A stretch of DNA of 64,000 nucleotides from positions 23,190,001 through 23,254,000 of the forward strand of contig OZ249436.1 of the NCBI GenBank assembly GCA_965235115.1. The letters run 5' to 3'. The position numbers and the translations under genes were made by a program. Origin of the DNA: Laetmonice hystrix (Eukaryota). The notes under the pieces are model-generated. The model had not been told where the DNA came from. It did no database searches and worked only from the letters and a program-made list of their open reading frames with translations. Of this stretch, positions 1 to 12,121 are shown one piece after another (within the stretch, counting starts at the first letter, position 1; each line of letters begins with the position of its first letter).

Positions 1-333
1 TTTTTCAACATCTGCGCGTGACCTAGAAGTTTCACTATTTCAAGAGCTCTGAACACACAACTGAATGCAAGTAAAATATGCGGGATGGTTCCTTACTACT
101 TTTTTTAACCAAAATTTTACTGATGACTTTTGACCTTCTTAAGGACTGGGTCACAGGTCACATCTCACATAAATCTACGATTTTGAAGTAGATCTCTTCC
201 AATTATCCGGGTCAAATTTGACATAATGGTTCCACAACAAAATGCGCTCTCCATGACGTGACGTCATGATCAAGATGTGTGCCAAGTTTGATTGAGATAT
301 CTTGAAAAATGACTGAGATCTAGACGTAGTGGT

Positions 334-431
<98 letters not shown>

Positions 432-465
432 CACTACTACTACTACCACTACTACTACACTACTA

Positions 466-530
<65 letters not shown>

Positions 531-612
531 ACTACTACCACTACTACCACTACTACTACTACCACTACCACTACTACCACTACTACTACACTACTACTAC
601 TACTACTACTAC

Positions 613-647
<35 letters not shown>

Positions 648-754
648 CACTACTACCACTACTACCACTACCACCACTACTACTACTACCACTACTACTA
701 CCACCACTACTACCACTACTACTACTACCACTACCACTACTACCACTACTACTA

Positions 755-803
<49 letters not shown>
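334..803. repeat. (ACT/ACC)n trinucleotide microsatellite
   Basis: Directly visible; explains the poly-T/L/S/V ORFs in the track. Confidence 0.98.
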
Positions 804-853
804 AAGTAAAGAGTGTTCCAGACACAGCGGGACCAACTCTGCCGAGGACGTTG

Positions 854-1775
854 CCTATGAAATATTGCAGCATTGCGTCACTGGAATATTTCATAGCCTG
901 TAGCTATGAAATATTGCTGCCTATGAAATATTGTAGTGACGCAATACTGCAATATTTCATAGCCTGCAATATTTCATAGGTACAGGCTATAAAATATTGC
1001 TGCCTATGAAATAGTGCAGTATTGCATCACTGCATTATTTCATAGGCAGCAATATGTCATAGCCTGTAGCTATGAAATATTGCAGTCCGTGGAATATTGC
1101 AGCATCTCATGACTGCAATATTTCATAGGCCGCATTATTTCATAGCTATAGGCTATAAAATATTGCAGTCCGTGAAATATTGCAGCATTTCATGACTGCA
1201 ATATTTCATAGCCACATTATTCCATAGCTATAGGCTATGAAATATTGCAGTCCGTGAAATCTTGCTGTACTAGGCTATTGTATGACTGCAATATTTCATA
1301 GGCGGCATTGTTCCATAGCTATAGGCTATGAAATATTGCAGTCCGTGGAATATTGCAGTACTATGTTATGTTCTAACTGCAATATTTCATAGGCGGCATT
1401 ATTCCATAGCTATAGCTATGAAATATTGCAGTCCATGGAATATTGCAGTACTAGGCTATTTTATGACTGCAATATTTCATAGGCGGCATTATTCCATAGC
1501 TATAGCTATGAAATATTGCAGTCCGTGGAATATTGCAGCATCTCATGACTGCAATATTTCATAGGCGGCATTATTCCATAGCTATAGGCTATGAAATATT
1601 GTAGTCCGTGGAATATTGCTGTAATAGGCTATTTCATGACTGCAATAATACCGCCTATGAAATATTGCAGTCATGAGATGCTGCAATATTCCACGGACTG
1701 CAATATTTCATAGCTATAGCTATGGAATAATGCCGCCTATGAAATATTGCAGTCATGAAATAGCCTAGTACTGCA
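854..1775. repeat. CTATGAAATATTGCAG-based tandem/inverted minisatellite block
   Basis: Dozens of direct and inverted copies of the motif; same family at 9376-10075 and 42714-43420. Confidence 0.9.
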
Positions 1776-3068
1776 TCAACGACTGCAGAGTCAGTTTAAC
1801 TTTACTGAGAGTGAGACTCATCATCTAGACCTAGGCCTACTGGTATACGCTGAACCTCAGTGAGTCAGTACTCACAATTTTCCCAGTAAATTCTTTACCT
1901 ACCATGATCAAAACCATGACCAATCTTAACAATCAGTCACCTAAACTTCTCATGTCAGGAAATTAGATACAGGGATCCATTGTATTCACGACTGCTTCAT
2001 CTAGCTAGGCCTAGAGCTAGCCTAGACTAGAGCCTAGAGGCTAAAGTACAAGATTCTGAAATCAGCCGCGCGTATAGTTTCCGCTTTGCTATCATACGCT
2101 CTCACCCCTCCAGGCTGTTATATTAAACTTGCGTAAGAGCCTATTTGCACGCGGGGGTGAAAACACTTGACGGCAGTGCAAAAGTAATATTGACTGGTCA
2201 ATATTACTTTTTCCGTGCAATATTAGTTTTTATCAGTGATCACGTGACAGAGAACTGACCAATCAGGACAGAGAAAGTGCGGCAGTCATAAAATAAAGGC
2301 CTATATTGCACAGGTCAAATTTTGTGTATTTACTTCTTATTATTTCTACTGAGTAAAGATAATATTTCCAGTACAAGTTGCCATGTAGGCCCTATTTATC
2401 TCTGCCCGCTAAAAGAAACCCACTCGATTGATGTATAAGTTGCCAATGACAGACTGGCTGTTATGGATTCTATAGGCTTAATTTGCCCGGAACTTTCAGA
2501 CCACCTGGCCGGCCCTTCTGACGTATTATGTAGTGTGTGTTTACTTATTAATTCTACGGAATAAAGTTAGTATGTCCAGCTCCCTTGTATATGTCCGCCA
2601 GGAAACCCACTGCACTGTTCTCATTTTAACGGGAACTTTCAGACTACCGGCCCTTGTGGCACGGTACTTTCAGCCCACCCGGCCCTTGTGGCACGTACCC
2701 GGCCCTTCTGGCACGTTACATACAACGTGCCAAAAGGGCCGGGTGTAGTGGCTTCATTCCGGCGCATGCGCACTTAACGGAACCGGCCCGTCTGGCACGA
2801 CGGCCGGTCCGAACCGCCACACCGGCATTGCAATTTTTGACATGTAATTTTTAAAATGGCCCTATTTTTTAAAATATAAATTTTGACCTATTTATCTGAA
2901 ATTTGTACCACATGCCCCAATTAACCAGATGATATCATTTTTCAAATAATATGATATTGGGGTAAAAATTAGGCTATAGAAGTTACAGTCAAGAAACGAG
3001 TGTTCCAAAATTTTTAGGCCCACCTGATATATGCACCACGCGGCCAGTGTCTATATTCCTCATCGTCA

Positions 3069-5759
3069 AAAAAGGGAGACCCACACACAAAGAAACTAAA
3101 CCAATTCCTCCGTGAAACTGGCCTAAAGCAAGTCATAACTGAGAAGACTAGATGTACCGCTACACACCAATCAACCATTGATCTTATTATGACAAACTCT
3201 GATCATATAAGCAATTCTGGCACAGTTCAATACAACATAAGTGACCATACAATGATATATATTAATAAGAAAAAAAGTCGAGAGAGATATGCAAAAACCA
3301 GTTTCACAGGCAGGACTTATCGAAACTATAGCAAGGAGTTACTTCTGGAAGCCCTGAATCAATATGATATGCAATTGATATTCAATGAAGGAAACCCAAA
3401 TATAGCATGGGACAAACTCTACTACATATTAGTTAGTATAGCAAATAATTTGTGCCCCAAAAAAGAGTATAGAGTAAGAGCAAATAAACCTAAATGGGTC
3501 ACAAATGAATTACTTGAGGTACAGAAAGACAGAGAATATTTCTATGAGAAAGCTAAGACCACGGGCGATGAGGGCGACTGGTTCATTGCTAAGCAACTAA
3601 GAAATCGTGTAAACGTAGCGACAAGACAGGCCAAATCTGAATATGTAAAGAATGAACTCAAGGCAAATAGTCATGACTCAAAAAAGTTCTGGAGAAACAT
3701 CAGAGAACATATACTACCTGAGAACAAAACTGGCAGTATAAATCTAATTAATGAAGAAACCAACGAAAAACTAGATGATACAGAAATGCCTGAGGTAATA
3801 AACAAATACTTTGCTAATATCGGAAAAGAACTGGCCCAAAAAATCGAGAAGCCTGAAACCGCACTCACATGTCCAAGCAGAGTGAATGATGAAACGTATG
3901 AGCTCAGAACTGTAACAGTAAGCGAGGTTATAGATAAAGTCAAGAAACTATCGTATTATAAATCCTCTGGCTTTAGTGAGTTGGGTTCCAGACTCCTTAT
4001 TGATGCGATGGCTATAATCCCTGCCGTTTTTACACACATTTTCAACAGGTCTATCATTACAGGAATTTTCCCGGATGAATGGAAAGTGGCAACAGTGGTG
4101 CCTCTCCCTAAGATTCCAAATGCAATAAGTCCAAACGACTTGAGACCAATATCACTATTACCAATCACTGGAAAAATACTGGAAAAACTAATACACCAAC
4201 AGCTGTCAGAATTCCTTGAAAGAACAAACTATCTTGCAGGAAATCAATTTGGATTTCGGAGCAACAAGTCAACTACCCTAGCAAGTGCCAAATTGTTAGA
4301 CGATCTGTTGATGGCTAGGGATAGGGTAGAAACTAGCGTAGCGCTCTTTTTGGACTTCCGAAAGGCGTTTGATACGGTTAATCACTGTCTCTTAATTGAT
4401 AAACTAAAACAATGTGGCCTAGGTAAAAATACCGCAGCCCTGATAAGAAACTACTTGACTAATAGAAAACAAAGTACACTGTTAAACAATATCAGATCTG
4501 AAGTCCATGAGGTATGCACTGGCGTACCTCAAGGGTCAACGCTGGGGCCACTACTGTTCCTTCTATATATCAACGACCTACCACTGGTGTTGAAATATGG
4601 TAGCGACGTCCTATTTGCAGATGACACCATTGTTTATAAAAGTGGAAGAGATATACATGGTATAGAAGAAAAACTACAGAGTGACATTGACAGAGTTGTA
4701 CGTTGGTGTAAAATGAATCAACTAACGCTAAATATAGATAAAACTAAGCAAATGGAGTTCAGGACGAACTCCCAGAGACAAAATCAAACCAAAGTAAACA
4801 TTAAAATAGAAGGTGAAACAGTGGAACAAGTAAGTCAATATAAGTACTTGGGGACTTTATTTGATGAAAAACTTAATGGCGTGGCACAATACAACAAATT
4901 AGTTGGGACAGTTGTAGGCAAAATCTGTACTCTTGCTAAAGTCCGCTATCTGATGGATACCAAAACCGCACTGCTACTATACAAAACGACTATACTCCCT
5001 ATTTTTGACTACAATGATTTCTATTACCACCTTCTCCCAGAGGATAAATTAAAAAAATTAGAGTCATTGCAAAACAGAGCACTCAGAATTATATTCAATT
5101 ATGGCCAACACAGTGTCAATGAACTAAGAAACAAAGCACAGGTTACTTCCCTAAAAGAAAGAAGAACACTACATCTTGCAGGACTCATGTTTAAGAGGAG
5201 CAGTAGTGAGGAATATCATGATCAGAGAAACCTAAGAACAAGACAATTTGATAAACTCGTCCTAAGAATACCCGATGTAAGGTTATATAAAACTATGAAG
5301 GCCCCAATATACGCTGGCGCCAAGCTATGGAATGAGTTACCCAAAAATGTGCAGGACAGCCAGACATACAGAGAGTTTAAATTGGAAACAAAAGCATACC
5401 TAGCAAGCCAGAATCAGCATCTCTAATAACAAGTCCAGACCCACTTGTGTTCACAACCAAAATTTCACCCCCCCCCCTGAACAATAGATGTTAAGTATAA
5501 AAATGTTGCACAAAGAAATTATTTTGTGTAAATAGTGTAAATAATCAATCATAATAATTACCTATATTAATTTGTAAAATATGTACATAGTATATTCATA
5601 TTTAAGCCATACGCACACCTTTTGCCAATCTTGAGCAAATTATGCAGCAGATTTACTTGTATATGGCCAACGGCACAGTATGCGGGGGAGGAAGAACAGC
5701 CAATTTCGCGTTGATCCCTCGTCAACACTGTATAATGTTGTATTGGAATAAAAAAAAAA
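3069..5759 (+). mobile_element. 5'-truncated non-LTR retrotransposon (CR1/L2 group LINE) with 3' UTR and A-tail
   Basis: Frame is open upstream of the ATG with the APE C-terminus (LKQVITEKTR..TIDLIMTN..SDH), then RT; AATAAAAAAAAAA at ~5747-5759. Confidence 0.92.
3189..5426 (+). CDS. LINE ORF2 (end of AP endonuclease plus reverse transcriptase), uninterrupted 745 aa
   Basis: Motifs RPISLLP, QFGFR, FLDFRKAFDTVNH, GVPQGSTLGPLLFLLYINDL, LFADDT, YKYLG. Confidence 0.95.
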   Translation: MTNSDHISNSGTVQYNISDHTMIYINKKKSRERYAKTSFTGRTYRNYSKELLLEALNQYDMQLIFNEGNPNIAWDKLYYILVSIANNLCPKKEYRVRANKPKWVTNELLEVQKDREYFYEKAKTTGDEGDWFIAKQLRNRVNVATRQAKSEYVKNELKANSHDSKKFWRNIREHILPENKTGSINLINEETNEKLDDTEMPEVINKYFANIGKELAQKIEKPETALTCPSRVNDETYELRTVTVSEVIDKVKKLSYYKSSGFSELGSRLLIDAMAIIPAVFTHIFNRSIITGIFPDEWKVATVVPLPKIPNAISPNDLRPISLLPITGKILEKLIHQQLSEFLERTNYLAGNQFGFRSNKSTTLASAKLLDDLLMARDRVETSVALFLDFRKAFDTVNHCLLIDKLKQCGLGKNTAALIRNYLTNRKQSTLLNNIRSEVHEVCTGVPQGSTLGPLLFLLYINDLPLVLKYGSDVLFADDTIVYKSGRDIHGIEEKLQSDIDRVVRWCKMNQLTLNIDKTKQMEFRTNSQRQNQTKVNIKIEGETVEQVSQYKYLGTLFDEKLNGVAQYNKLVGTVVGKICTLAKVRYLMDTKTALLLYKTTILPIFDYNDFYYHLLPEDKLKKLESLQNRALRIIFNYGQHSVNELRNKAQVTSLKERRTLHLAGLMFKRSSSEEYHDQRNLRTRQFDKLVLRIPDVRLYKTMKAPIYAGAKLWNELPKNVQDSQTYREFKLETKAYLASQNQHL

Positions 5760-6239
5760 TCTAGACTCTCTGTCCTTTCTCTCCTCCTTCTCCCCTAGTC
5801 TCTCTCTTGGTGCCCCTATATACCCCCTCCTTTACGGGGGTTCCCGTCCTAGTCTCAAGGATGGACACCGGTCATTGGCGGGTGGGCCACGGCAAATTAG
5901 CTGGTCGTCCTCTGACCGGTTTCTTCGATTGACAGCTGCCACCCTGATGGCTGGCATACATGCGCTTGTTCAGTGGTGCATAGCGGTCGAAGCCGATCGA
6001 GATAAACATAATAATACAATGCAATACAATAGATCATGGCGGATTTAGGGGGTGCACGCGTCGCCTCCCTTATTTCCGGACCCCTGGAGAAAACTATAAC
6101 TTTGTTTTTCTGCTGAAGGCTTCGACGCAAGAAATCTCGGATCCGCCCTGTAGATGGTATATACCACAAGAAAACTCAAGCTACATGCCTACCCTACAAC
6201 ATAAAATACCAAATGATGTATACCCCCTCATAGGACGCT

Positions 6240-6350
6240 CCCTAATAATATTTGAGGGCCAGGGAGGAGTCTCACTCATGATAGATCTCAAGTAACCTTT
6301 GATGAGTTTGAGTTTGCTGAATGACTTTTCAGCTTCTTTTTCGCAGGTCA
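6240..6350 (-). pseudogene. hAT transposase C-terminal dimerisation-domain fragment
   Basis: EAEKSFSKLKLIKGYLRSIMSE matches the hAT motif xERSFSxLKxIKxxLRSTM. Confidence 0.75.
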
Positions 6351-6539
6351 GTTTCCCGACCATGGTATTACAGATTTTCCCCAGAGATTTCTCCAAACTT
6401 TTCCGAAATACTTCTGAGGGTGGGCAGTATGCCCCCAGCCCCCGCCCCTGGTAGCTACGACACTACCCCGGTCTTCTGGTTCATGTACCCACCGTCCTGA
6501 TGATTTATTATTCCATTTCCCCCCAAAGCTATTGCTGCT

Positions 6540-7415
6540 ATTGAAGATTGATCACGTTGCATTTTTTTCACACGTTTACCAATAATTTCTTATTTATGAT
6601 GAAATAATGTCATCTGACTTTGACGGGATGTATCTTGAAATGTGTTAAAGATAGCCATATGCAAATACAATTATTTCAAAGTGCATAGAGTCAGGTATAA
6701 CACTGATTGTTTAACTCTTTTCCTCCAAAAGTAATATAGCCAAAATCCTAAGTTTTTATGGGTATAGTCTTCACAAAAATATTTTCTCACTCCGATAGTT
6801 GGCGTCTCTGAATACACAGACCGCCCACTGTGAGGCCGGGCCTGTCCCTGGCCAGGGTCGGCAGAGAGTTATGTGAGGGCTGGTGATAAGGGCCGGCCGG
6901 TCGCTCGTGGCTGTTCCCCCGGTCCTCCGAGTCAGGGTGCGGTTGGAGGAATATGTGTATTTAGAACTGACAGATAGGAATCATGTATTTGGTCACTATA
7001 TGTGTAATTATTTTTCATAAATTTACTATAATGATGTTTTAGTTATGATGAAATATATAATATGAATTTGACGAGCTATATCTTGAAACGCGTTTAAGAT
7101 AGCGATGTGCAAATACAATTACAAAGTGTATAAAGTCAGGTATACCACTGATTTTTTAGTTTAAAAAAAAGGTAATAAGGCAAGAATTGTAAGTTTTAAT
7201 GGCTATAGTCTTCACAATAAAATGTTTGTTACGAGGATGGTTGGGGTACCTGAATACACAGACCGCCTACTGTGAGGTCGCCGCCCGGCCCTGGGCGGGA
7301 AGCCAGAGAGTTACGTATAACTGCTGCTGATAAACGGGCCGGTCGTGGATGTTCCCCCGTTCCTGCCAGTAAGGCAGGGGTTGGAGGAATATGTGTATTC
7401 AGAACTGACATAACT
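6540..7415. repeat. Two diverged tandem copies of a ~440-bp interspersed repeat
   Basis: 6590-6970 resembles 7035-7410 (e.g. CTGAATACACAGACCGCC, GGTTGGAGGAATATGTGTATT); an inverted copy lies at ~58820-59290. Confidence 0.75.
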
Positions 7416-7561
7416 GAATTAGCTGTGCTTTTGAACTGTACAGGTGTAGCTGTCTAATACATTATGTTTTTAAATCTTATATAGGAGAGCTGAATGAAAC
7501 AGTACATTGGCTGTTGGCTGTGGAATTCAAGTGACATGACAAACTTTTGGTCAGCTGCACT

Positions 7562-7725
7562 TGATTTCAGCCTGAGCCAACCGCCTGGTGTGGATGGCAT
7601 TCACACCCATTGAAATGATTTCAGCCTGAGCCAACCGCCTGGTGTGGATGACATTCACACCCATTGAAATGATTTCAGCCTGAGCCAACAGCCTGGTCTG
7701 GATGACATTCACACCCATTGAAATG
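7562..7725. repeat. 54-bp tandem repeat x3
   Basis: TGATTTCAGCCTGAGCCAAC.. units start at 7562, 7616 and 7670. Confidence 0.92.
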
Positions 7726-8276
7726 AAATGAATAGTTTGGAGCAAATGTGAGGTGGACCGTGAAAAAAGAATGAAAGTTCCAGATCTGTAGCCAGATGGT
7801 GGGGGTCCAAAGGTAGGTCACTATAGGTCACTTAAAGAATGGTCGAATTCACCGCCTGTCCTCACGTCCTTCTCTTACATAATTGATCTCTGTGTTGTTA
7901 ATTATATATTTTGCTAATTGAACTTTATAATATGTTAAAGTATGCAAATGTGAGTCTCACTGGCGACTCGATCCCACCATTTCTTGCTCTCTTTCTACCC
8001 GATATTCCACTGTACCACAAGGGCTGATCAGCGGAAATCTTCGTGTATTCATTCACCTTTACAGGTGACATGAGGACGCTGTTACTGATGTAACAGTGCT
8101 GAGGGTTCCCCAGTGCAGATTGTTCCCATGCTTGTATAACTACTTTTCTTCGTAGTAGCACAGAAGACACTCATCACTAGTGTATATCCTCTACAGGGTA
8201 ACACTCATCGCCATGGGAGGCACCTATCCGATCAGTGTCCCTGTTACACCTGCCGTAGCAGTGGACTAGGGCCTAA

Positions 8277-10745
8277 AGTGCCAGATCCACTAAGCCGAAT
8301 TTCTTTCGAATTTACCGTCGCGCCGAATTCGCATGATCTCATGAGCTGTCGGCGCGAATTTCGCTGTAGTGGATCAGGTGTTCGCATAAGATTCGCACGA
8401 TCTCATGCGAATTCGCATGGCCATGAGAATGCCAACCGACAAAATCCGAACGTAAATGACACGTTTTTCTTGCGAATTTGCCGTCGCGCCGAATTCGCAT
8501 GATCTCATGAGCTGTCGGCGCGCAAATCGCTGTAGTGGATCAGGCGTTCGGTTGAGATTTGCTTGTCGCATGGGAATTCGCGTGGCCATGAGAATGCAAA
8601 GAGAAAATATTCAAACGTTTAGAAATTTTCGCATGGGTCGCTTGTGATCGCTTCACTTCTCCAAGATAGCCAACTTTGCTGTCCGGGCGGCGTTTTTAGT
8701 TACCGAGATTGATACTATAGCTGGCAGGGGCCGGTCATGTGATCAAATCTGGGATCGTACACAAACCAGCGACAACTTGGTTGCTGGTTTGTGAACCCAG
8801 CCGGTCGCCACGCTCTCAATTATGCGAATACCTACCGTCTGTGGCGAGTTCCACTGCTAAAACCCAGCCCGGTCACTCTACCAGGCCGTAGTCTACTACG
8901 CCCTGCCCATATCGCGCCGGTGTGGCGTAGGCCTGCTTCCGCCGTACTGTACATTCCGCTCAGCCATCTACCCGGCTTGGAGCCACCACTGACCGAGACT
9001 TGGACGCACCAAGTCTTCGTTAACTTCGTTAACTTCGTTGACTCGCATAGCCTAAATCCAGCTAGTTTGACCGCAGTTTTCCATTTTACACAGAAAACGT
9101 ACGCCCGATACTTACAATACCCCCTGGTGGTACTACAAATGTTTAGGTTGGGTTTTATAAAATACAATTTAAATAGGTACACAATCGTGTACGATTGCCC
9201 AGTGCCCGACAAGTCACGGCCAGAGAGACCGGCTGCCCAACTGCACTCTTTCGGCTATTGGTGCGTGCAAGTCCCGGTCAGTGACAGCTCCTATTGCAGC
9301 CGGGAAGGTGCCTGAGCGGAATGTACAGTACAACGGAAGCTAGAGTACGCCACACCGGCCCTCAGTGCCAGTGTACTATGAAATATTTTTGCCTATGAAA
9401 TACTGCAGCATTGCGTCACTGCATTATTTCACAGCCTGTAGCTATGAAATCTTGCTGCCTACGAAATATTGCAGTGACGCAATACTGCAATATTTCATAG
9501 CTGTATTATTTCATAGCTTGTATCTATGAAATATAGCTGCCTATGAAATATTGCAGTATTGCATCACTGCATTATTTCATAGGCAGCAATATTTCATAGC
9601 CTGTAGCTATGAAATATTGCATAGCTTATAGCTATGGAATAATGCCGCCTATGACATATTGCAGTCATGAAGTACCTTAGTACATGTACTGCAATATTCC
9701 ACGGACTGCAATATTTCATAGCTATAGCTATGGAATAATGCCGCCTATGAAATATTGCAGTCATGAAATGCTGAAATATTCCACGGACTGCAATATTTCA
9801 TAGCTATAGCTATGGAATAATGTCGCCTATGAAATATTGCAGTCATGAAATAGCCTAGTACTGCAATATTTCACGGACTGCAATATTTTATAGCTTATAG
9901 CTATGGAATAATGCCGCCTATGAAATATTGCAGTCATGATATATTGCAGTACGAAAGCACAATGCGGCAATATTTTATGACTGCAAATCATAGCCAATGT
10001 GTATGAAAAATTGCGGTCATGAAATATTGCCACATTTTGACGCATTACTGCAATATTTCATGCCTGCAATATTGGCCCTCAATCCTCAGACAGCTGATTC
10101 CTAAAATAAAGTTCACTACACACAGCTAGGAAAGAAAATACTTTTCTTTTAAGAAACAGCAAACCCTTTATACTATACAGAGAAATTAAGACTGTATTTT
10201 ATTATGAACTATGGTTACCTAAATAAAAATAGTAGTTTGTTAACAACTGTGGCTAAAACCTTTTTCGTGTGGCCAGTTTTTTTCCTCAGTTATTAGCCAT
10301 TGTGGCTCAGACCCAAAATTCACTAGCGAATACTCCCTGTAATGAATATAGTTGCAGTCGCAATGGTTGCTACCACAGGCTCCAAATTAATCGGCATCCC
10401 CATGTTGATGGGCGAACATTAGGCCTGGGTGGACTTGGACACGAATGATTTCAAAGGGTAATCTAGTGTAGGTTAGGCCTAACCCGTTATTCAGTCCCTG
10501 CGACCAATACGCTCAGACATTCGCATGAGAAATTCGCATGAATCGCTGTAGGGGATTTGCCATTCGCAAGAGAAATTCGCATGAATCGCTGTAGTGGATT
10601 TGCCATTCGCAAGAGAAATTCGCATGAATCGCTGTAGTGGATTTGCCATTCGCATGGGATTCGCATCAGTCGCAACATTCGCATGATCGCATGCGTCGCA
10701 TGAGAATTTCAATGCGAATGTCGTCGCCTTAGTGGATCTGGCCCA
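8277..10745 (+). mobile_element. PIF/Harbinger-type non-autonomous element, family A copy 1
   Basis: TIR GCCAGATCCACTAAG / CTTAGTGGATCTGGC; TSD TAA (8274-76, 10746-48); second copy at 41773-44670. Confidence 0.85.
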
Positions 10746-10748
10746 TAA

Positions 10749-11429
10749 TGCCTAGTTCTCACTTTCACGGTTCCGACCCCGGATTGCTACGGTCTGAAAC
10801 CGTGATAAAACCGGCGTTATTTGGCCATGGTACAAAATGTACTAGGGTATGGCTAAGGCGCTGTCGGAAGATCTAAGGAAGGGCTAAGGGTGTGCTAAGG
10901 AAATATCAAGGCGTCTCCAAGGATTAGTACGGGTACGTGACGCAGTTCCTACGGTCATGGTACGGCAGCAACGGAAGCACTACGGACAAGCAACGGGTGT
11001 CCTACGCTGACACACGGACATGCTACAGTGTTACGGACATGCTACGGTCCTGCAACGGTCCTGCTACGGTCTCTACGTGGCATATCCGTAACCCTCCCGT
11101 AGCATATCCGTTGGCTCTCCGGTGTCTTCGTGACCCCATTTTGGACCACGGTTACTGCCGGGTGGGTTACGGTTCTGCTACGGTTGTGTCCCGGTGTCTA
11201 CGGTTGTGCTAGGGTTTGCTACGGTCACTTACGGATGGTGACGGAAAAATTGAAATTTTCAAACATGTTGAAAATCGAGCCACGGAAAAAAAGGGGTTAC
11301 GGAAGCGCGAGGGTTTATCCCAGACAACCACGGTTATGTCTACGGGTGCAGAACGGACTTCCCACGGATAATCACGGATATAAACCGTGGCCTTCCGGCA
11401 CACCGAACCGTGAAAGTGAGAACTAGGCA
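10749..11429. mobile_element. Harbinger-type MITE (family B)
   Basis: TIR TGCCTAGTTCTCACTTTCACGGTT / AACCGTGAAAGTGAGAACTAGGCA; TSD TAA/TAA. Confidence 0.9.
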
Positions 11430-11810
11430 TAAAGCCCCCGTCACACTTTCCAGGATCAAGCGACGGTTTGCAATGATCCGTAGCGCAGGGCGATCCGGTA
11501 GCTTCAGTGACCTGGAAAGGCGATGATGCGTAAAACTCCGTATCCAGAACGGAATGATAAGCGTTGACACGGCTCCAGTAAGGGTTACTACGACATTGTT
11601 ACGGGTTGAGAAGGATTGTTACGGATAGCTTCCCGAGTCTACTCCGTATAGGTACGGATAACTTATGGATAGCTACGGCTTACTATGGCTCACTACGGCT
11701 CTCTTACGGGTTGGTGCGGTTCCACTACGGCTTACTACGGGCAGTTACGTATCTCCGACGGGTTATTACGGATTAAACAGGTTGGGATTCTCGCCAATAT
11801 CTAGGGATTA

Positions 11811-12121
11811 AGCCCCCGTCACACTTTCCCGGATCAAGCGACGGTTTGAAATGATCCGTAGCGCAAGGTTATACGGCAGCTTCCGTGACCTGGAAAGGCG
11901 ATGATGCGTGAAACCCCGTATCCAGAACGGGTTGATAAGGGTTGACACGGCGCCAGTAGGGGTTACTACGACATTGTTACGGGTTGAGAAGGATTGTTAC
12001 GGATAGCTTCCCGAGTCTAATCCGTATAGGTACGGATAACTTACGGATAGCTACGGCTTACTATGGCTCACTACGGCTCTCTTACTCTCGGCGCGCGATC
12101 CGGGAAAGTGTGACAGGGGCT
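11811..12121. mobile_element. Internally deleted family C copy inserted in the left TIR of D
   Basis: Same C TIRs; TSD TTA/TTA; removing it restores the D TIR. Confidence 0.88.

Larger units (their letters stand above)
1..1795 (+). mobile_element. Helentron-associated (HINE/DINE-1/pearl-like) non-autonomous element, 3' part, with microsatellite and interrupted terminal hairpin
   Basis: Core sequence followed by an (ACT)n tract, then hairpin arm ACTCTGC..CGTTG (836-853) whose partner CAACG..GCAGAGT lies at 1777-1791. Same layout as 59290-59895. Confidence 0.45.

Noticed and set aside
329..979. 216-aa and overlapping poly-T/L/S/V ORFs
   Set aside because: Translation of an (ACT)n microsatellite and the adjacent satellite.
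7961..8191. Host exon on the minus strand with AG/GT boundaries
   Set aside because: All three frames contain stops across the interval, and no recognisable domain or partner exon was seen.
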